DNA of 48,680 nucleotides from a bacterium (GTDB taxonomy: Bacteria > Bdellovibrionota_B > Oligoflexia > Oligoflexales > CAIYRB01): contig OMIY01000368.1 of the NCBI GenBank assembly GCA_900299215.1, positions 1 through 48,680 of the forward strand. Reading direction: 5' to 3'. A program made the position numbers and the translations under genes. The notes beneath the pieces are model-generated. The model had not been told where the DNA came from. It saw nothing but the letters and a program-made list of their open reading frames with translations, and searched no databases. This document shows positions 46,596 through 48,680 of the stretch, piece after piece (position 1 is the stretch's first letter; each line of letters begins with the position of its first letter).

Positions 46596-47949
46596 AGAGC
46601 CAATTCATTTTATTGGGATCGGTGGATCAGGAATGGCAGGAATAGCTGAGATGACACTTCATCTTGGCTTTTCCGTTCAAGGTACAGACGTAAAATCGTC
46701 GTCCTCGATTGATCGTTTGAAAAACAAAGGCGCTAAAATAACGCTGGGACACTCAGCGACCTCACTTGATAAAGCTGGCACTGTAGTTTATTCAAGTGCC
46801 ATCTCCACAAACAATCCTGAACTTATTGAAGCTAAAAAAAGGGGCCTCATTGTTCTGCATAGAAGTGATCTCCTGCAGATATTGATGAGCAACGCGAAGG
46901 CAATTACAGTTGCGGGAACGCATGGCAAGTCGACAACTTCGGCCATGATCGCACATGTATTAGATGATCTAGGTTGTGACCCAAAAGCTGTCATTGGCGC
47001 TGAGATGACGCGTTATCAATCCCCTCTTTTGGTTGGCAATGGCGATTATTTTGTCGCAGAAGCGGACGAATCAGATGGGTCATTTCTGAAATACCGCCCT
47101 TATGTCGGCATAATTACTAATGTTGAGTTAGATCATTTAGATTTTTTCAAATCTCAAGAAGCTTTATTAGATTCGTTTAAATCCTACCTCGGGAACATAG
47201 ACTCTGAAGGATTCGCCATAATTGGATGGGACCATCCACTTACTAGAGATGTCGGTTCAACATACCCCGGTGACAAGTTGACCTACGGATTTGTTCTGGG
47301 TTGTGACGTTAGAGCGCGCGAGTATAGATGCTCTAATGGTAGTAGCACTTTTATGGCGATGGTTGAAAGAGATTCCGTCTCATGCTCGCTCCCAATGATT
47401 GGGAAACACAATGTTCAAAATGCATTATGTACCTTAGCCGTTGTTCGTGGCTTGGGTTTAGACATAAAAGTCGCAGCAGAAAGCCTCGCCACTTTCAATG
47501 GCGTTAAGCGTAGATTAGATCGTGTATTGGTTAATGATGAAATAAAAATATTTGATGATTACGCTCATAATCCTGGCAAGATTGCAGCATGCATTCAAAG
47601 TATTAGACAAACTTGGCCAAGTCAGAAACTACATGTTGTTTACCAGCCACATAGGTTTTCAAGACTCGAAACCATGTATCATGAAATGCTACAATCTTTA
47701 GACGGAGCTGACGTTGTATATGTGCTTCCCGTCTATAGTGCTGGCGAAACTACAACTTCTGATTTTTCTCCAACCAGATTGGCCGAAGATCTGCGTTTAC
47801 GGATGGATGTAGAGGCAGAACCCTGTAGTTCATTAGATGACGCCGTATCAAGGGTTAAGCTAAACTTTGTTAAGCCTGGAATTGTCTTAACAGTCGGTGC
47901 TGGTGATGTTTGGCAAGTTGCCGAAAAATTAAAGGATGATTTCGCATGA
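46576..47949 (+). CDS. murC: UDP-MurNAc:L-Ala ligase MurC
   Basis: HFIGIGGSGM, AGTHGKSTT, EADESDGSF, DHLD, DDYAHNP, QPHRFSR, GAGDV. Confidence 0.96.
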   Translation: MLKGQLREPIHFIGIGGSGMAGIAEMTLHLGFSVQGTDVKSSSSIDRLKNKGAKITLGHSATSLDKAGTVVYSSAISTNNPELIEAKKRGLIVLHRSDLLQILMSNAKAITVAGTHGKSTTSAMIAHVLDDLGCDPKAVIGAEMTRYQSPLLVGNGDYFVAEADESDGSFLKYRPYVGIITNVELDHLDFFKSQEALLDSFKSYLGNIDSEGFAIIGWDHPLTRDVGSTYPGDKLTYGFVLGCDVRAREYRCSNGSSTFMAMVERDSVSCSLPMIGKHNVQNALCTLAVVRGLGLDIKVAAESLATFNGVKRRLDRVLVNDEIKIFDDYAHNPGKIAACIQSIRQTWPSQKLHVVYQPHRFSRLETMYHEMLQSLDGADVVYVLPVYSAGETTTSDFSPTRLAEDLRLRMDVEAEPCSSLDDAVSRVKLNFVKPGIVLTVGAGDVWQVAEKLKDDFA

Positions 47950-48680
47950 ACAAAAGTCGTAAGGCGAAGACTGGCTCCGTTTTGAAAAAGCAAAAGCCGA
48001 AGTCACAAAAGAATCGCCGTCGACTTATTTCATTAAATTTTCAGTTTTTAGGATCCTTAGGAATTGTTTTTGCATTAGTCGCAGTAGGTTTGCTTTTCTT
48101 GCGGGGCACTTGGCCAAGTCTAGTATCGAAATACTTATCAGAAGCAACTGTAAATAGTTCGAAATGGCAATTTCTAGTTAGATCAAGCGATAATTCACCA
48201 ATTTCGGAAGCTTCCCAGGCATTGGTAGTCACGACGACTCGGAAAACTATTGGCGCCGGTACTCATGACGACTTACTCAAGTCGGCCAAAGCGGTTCAAA
48301 AAATCGGTATTTTTTCTGATGTGCGAATAACAAAAATATCGCCAAATCAGTTAATAATCAGCCTCATACAGCGACAACCGATGTTTTGCGTTGAAGCTGA
48401 CAAAGTCCGCCTAGTTTCCTCATTGGGGGATATTTACGGTTCAATAGATACGCGAAACGGAGATACTTGCCCCGGTCCGATACTAAGTGGTCTGTTTGAG
48501 GACAGAGTTTCTCATAATCTAAGTGACGGTCAGACTCTAATTGTGGACGACCAGACGAAATCTATGATTCAGGAAGCCTTGATGCTTTTGCAAGATGTCC
48601 AAAAAAGATCAGTAAAGATCGAGAAATTCCACGTAGAGAAGTTTCGCGGCTTTGTCGCAGAGTTAAGCTCTCAAGGCACA
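47946..48680 (+). CDS. ftsQ: FtsQ/DivIB-like cell division protein, 3' truncated by the window (absent from the supplied ORF track)
   Basis: ATG overlaps the murC stop (ATGA) and the frame stays open to the window end. Basic N-terminus MNKSRKAK..., one TM (LGSLGIVFALVAVGLLFL), POTRA-like segment ending SPNQLIISLIQRQP. Confidence 0.65.
   Translation, partial: MNKSRKAKTGSVLKKQKPKSQKNRRRLISLNFQFLGSLGIVFALVAVGLLFLRGTWPSLVSKYLSEATVNSSKWQFLVRSSDNSPISEASQALVVTTTRKTIGAGTHDDLLKSAKAVQKIGIFSDVRITKISPNQLIISLIQRQPMFCVEADKVRLVSSLGDIYGSIDTRNGDTCPGPILSGLFEDRVSHNLSDGQTLIVDDQTKSMIQEALMLLQDVQKRSVKIEKFHVEKFRGFVAELSSQGT

Noticed and set aside
1-48680. Defence systems, prophage, IS elements, tRNA/rRNA or CRISPR; in particular a Zorya-type reading of the MotA-like locus
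   Set aside because: No integrase, transposase, cas or structural-RNA signatures were seen. The MotA-like protein lacks ZorA's very long tail, the partners have ExbD-like rather than OmpA-like domains, and there are no zorC/D/E-like genes.

Overview
Chromosomal, mostly housekeeping window. It probably comes from a Bdellovibrionota/Oligoflexia-like or related former-deltaproteobacterial genome; this is inferred from gene content, not a search. Left to right: 5'-truncated fadJ-type beta-oxidation enzyme, PAP2 phosphatase, then a divergent Agl-Glt/Tol-Exb-like envelope-motor locus. That locus has a GltF-like gene, an FHA/HD-GYP c-di-GMP phosphodiesterase, one MotA/TolQ-like and two ExbD-like genes, and an AgmX/PglI TonB-C protein, behind back-to-back sigma28-type promoter motifs. 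Next come rnj, a nucleoside phosphorylase-like gene, PP2C, M23 peptidase and secA. A 13-kb minus-strand run follows (yajC, putative OM barrel, M16 peptidase, sdhCAB, purSQLF, rph), in which purL is broken by one in-frame TAA. The right part holds a Rep/UvrD helicase, an rpoH-type sigma factor, DAGK-amgK-murU, a LysM lipoprotein and a dcw cluster. The dcw cluster lacks mraZ, mraY, murG, murB and ddl at their usual positions, and its rsmH appears to start at CTG. No rRNA, tRNA, CRISPR array or mobile element was recognised. The best candidate for an undescribed system is the motor locus: both ExbD-like subunits lack the canonical proton-carrying Asp, while the MotA/TolQ-like subunit has a new Asp in a channel helix.
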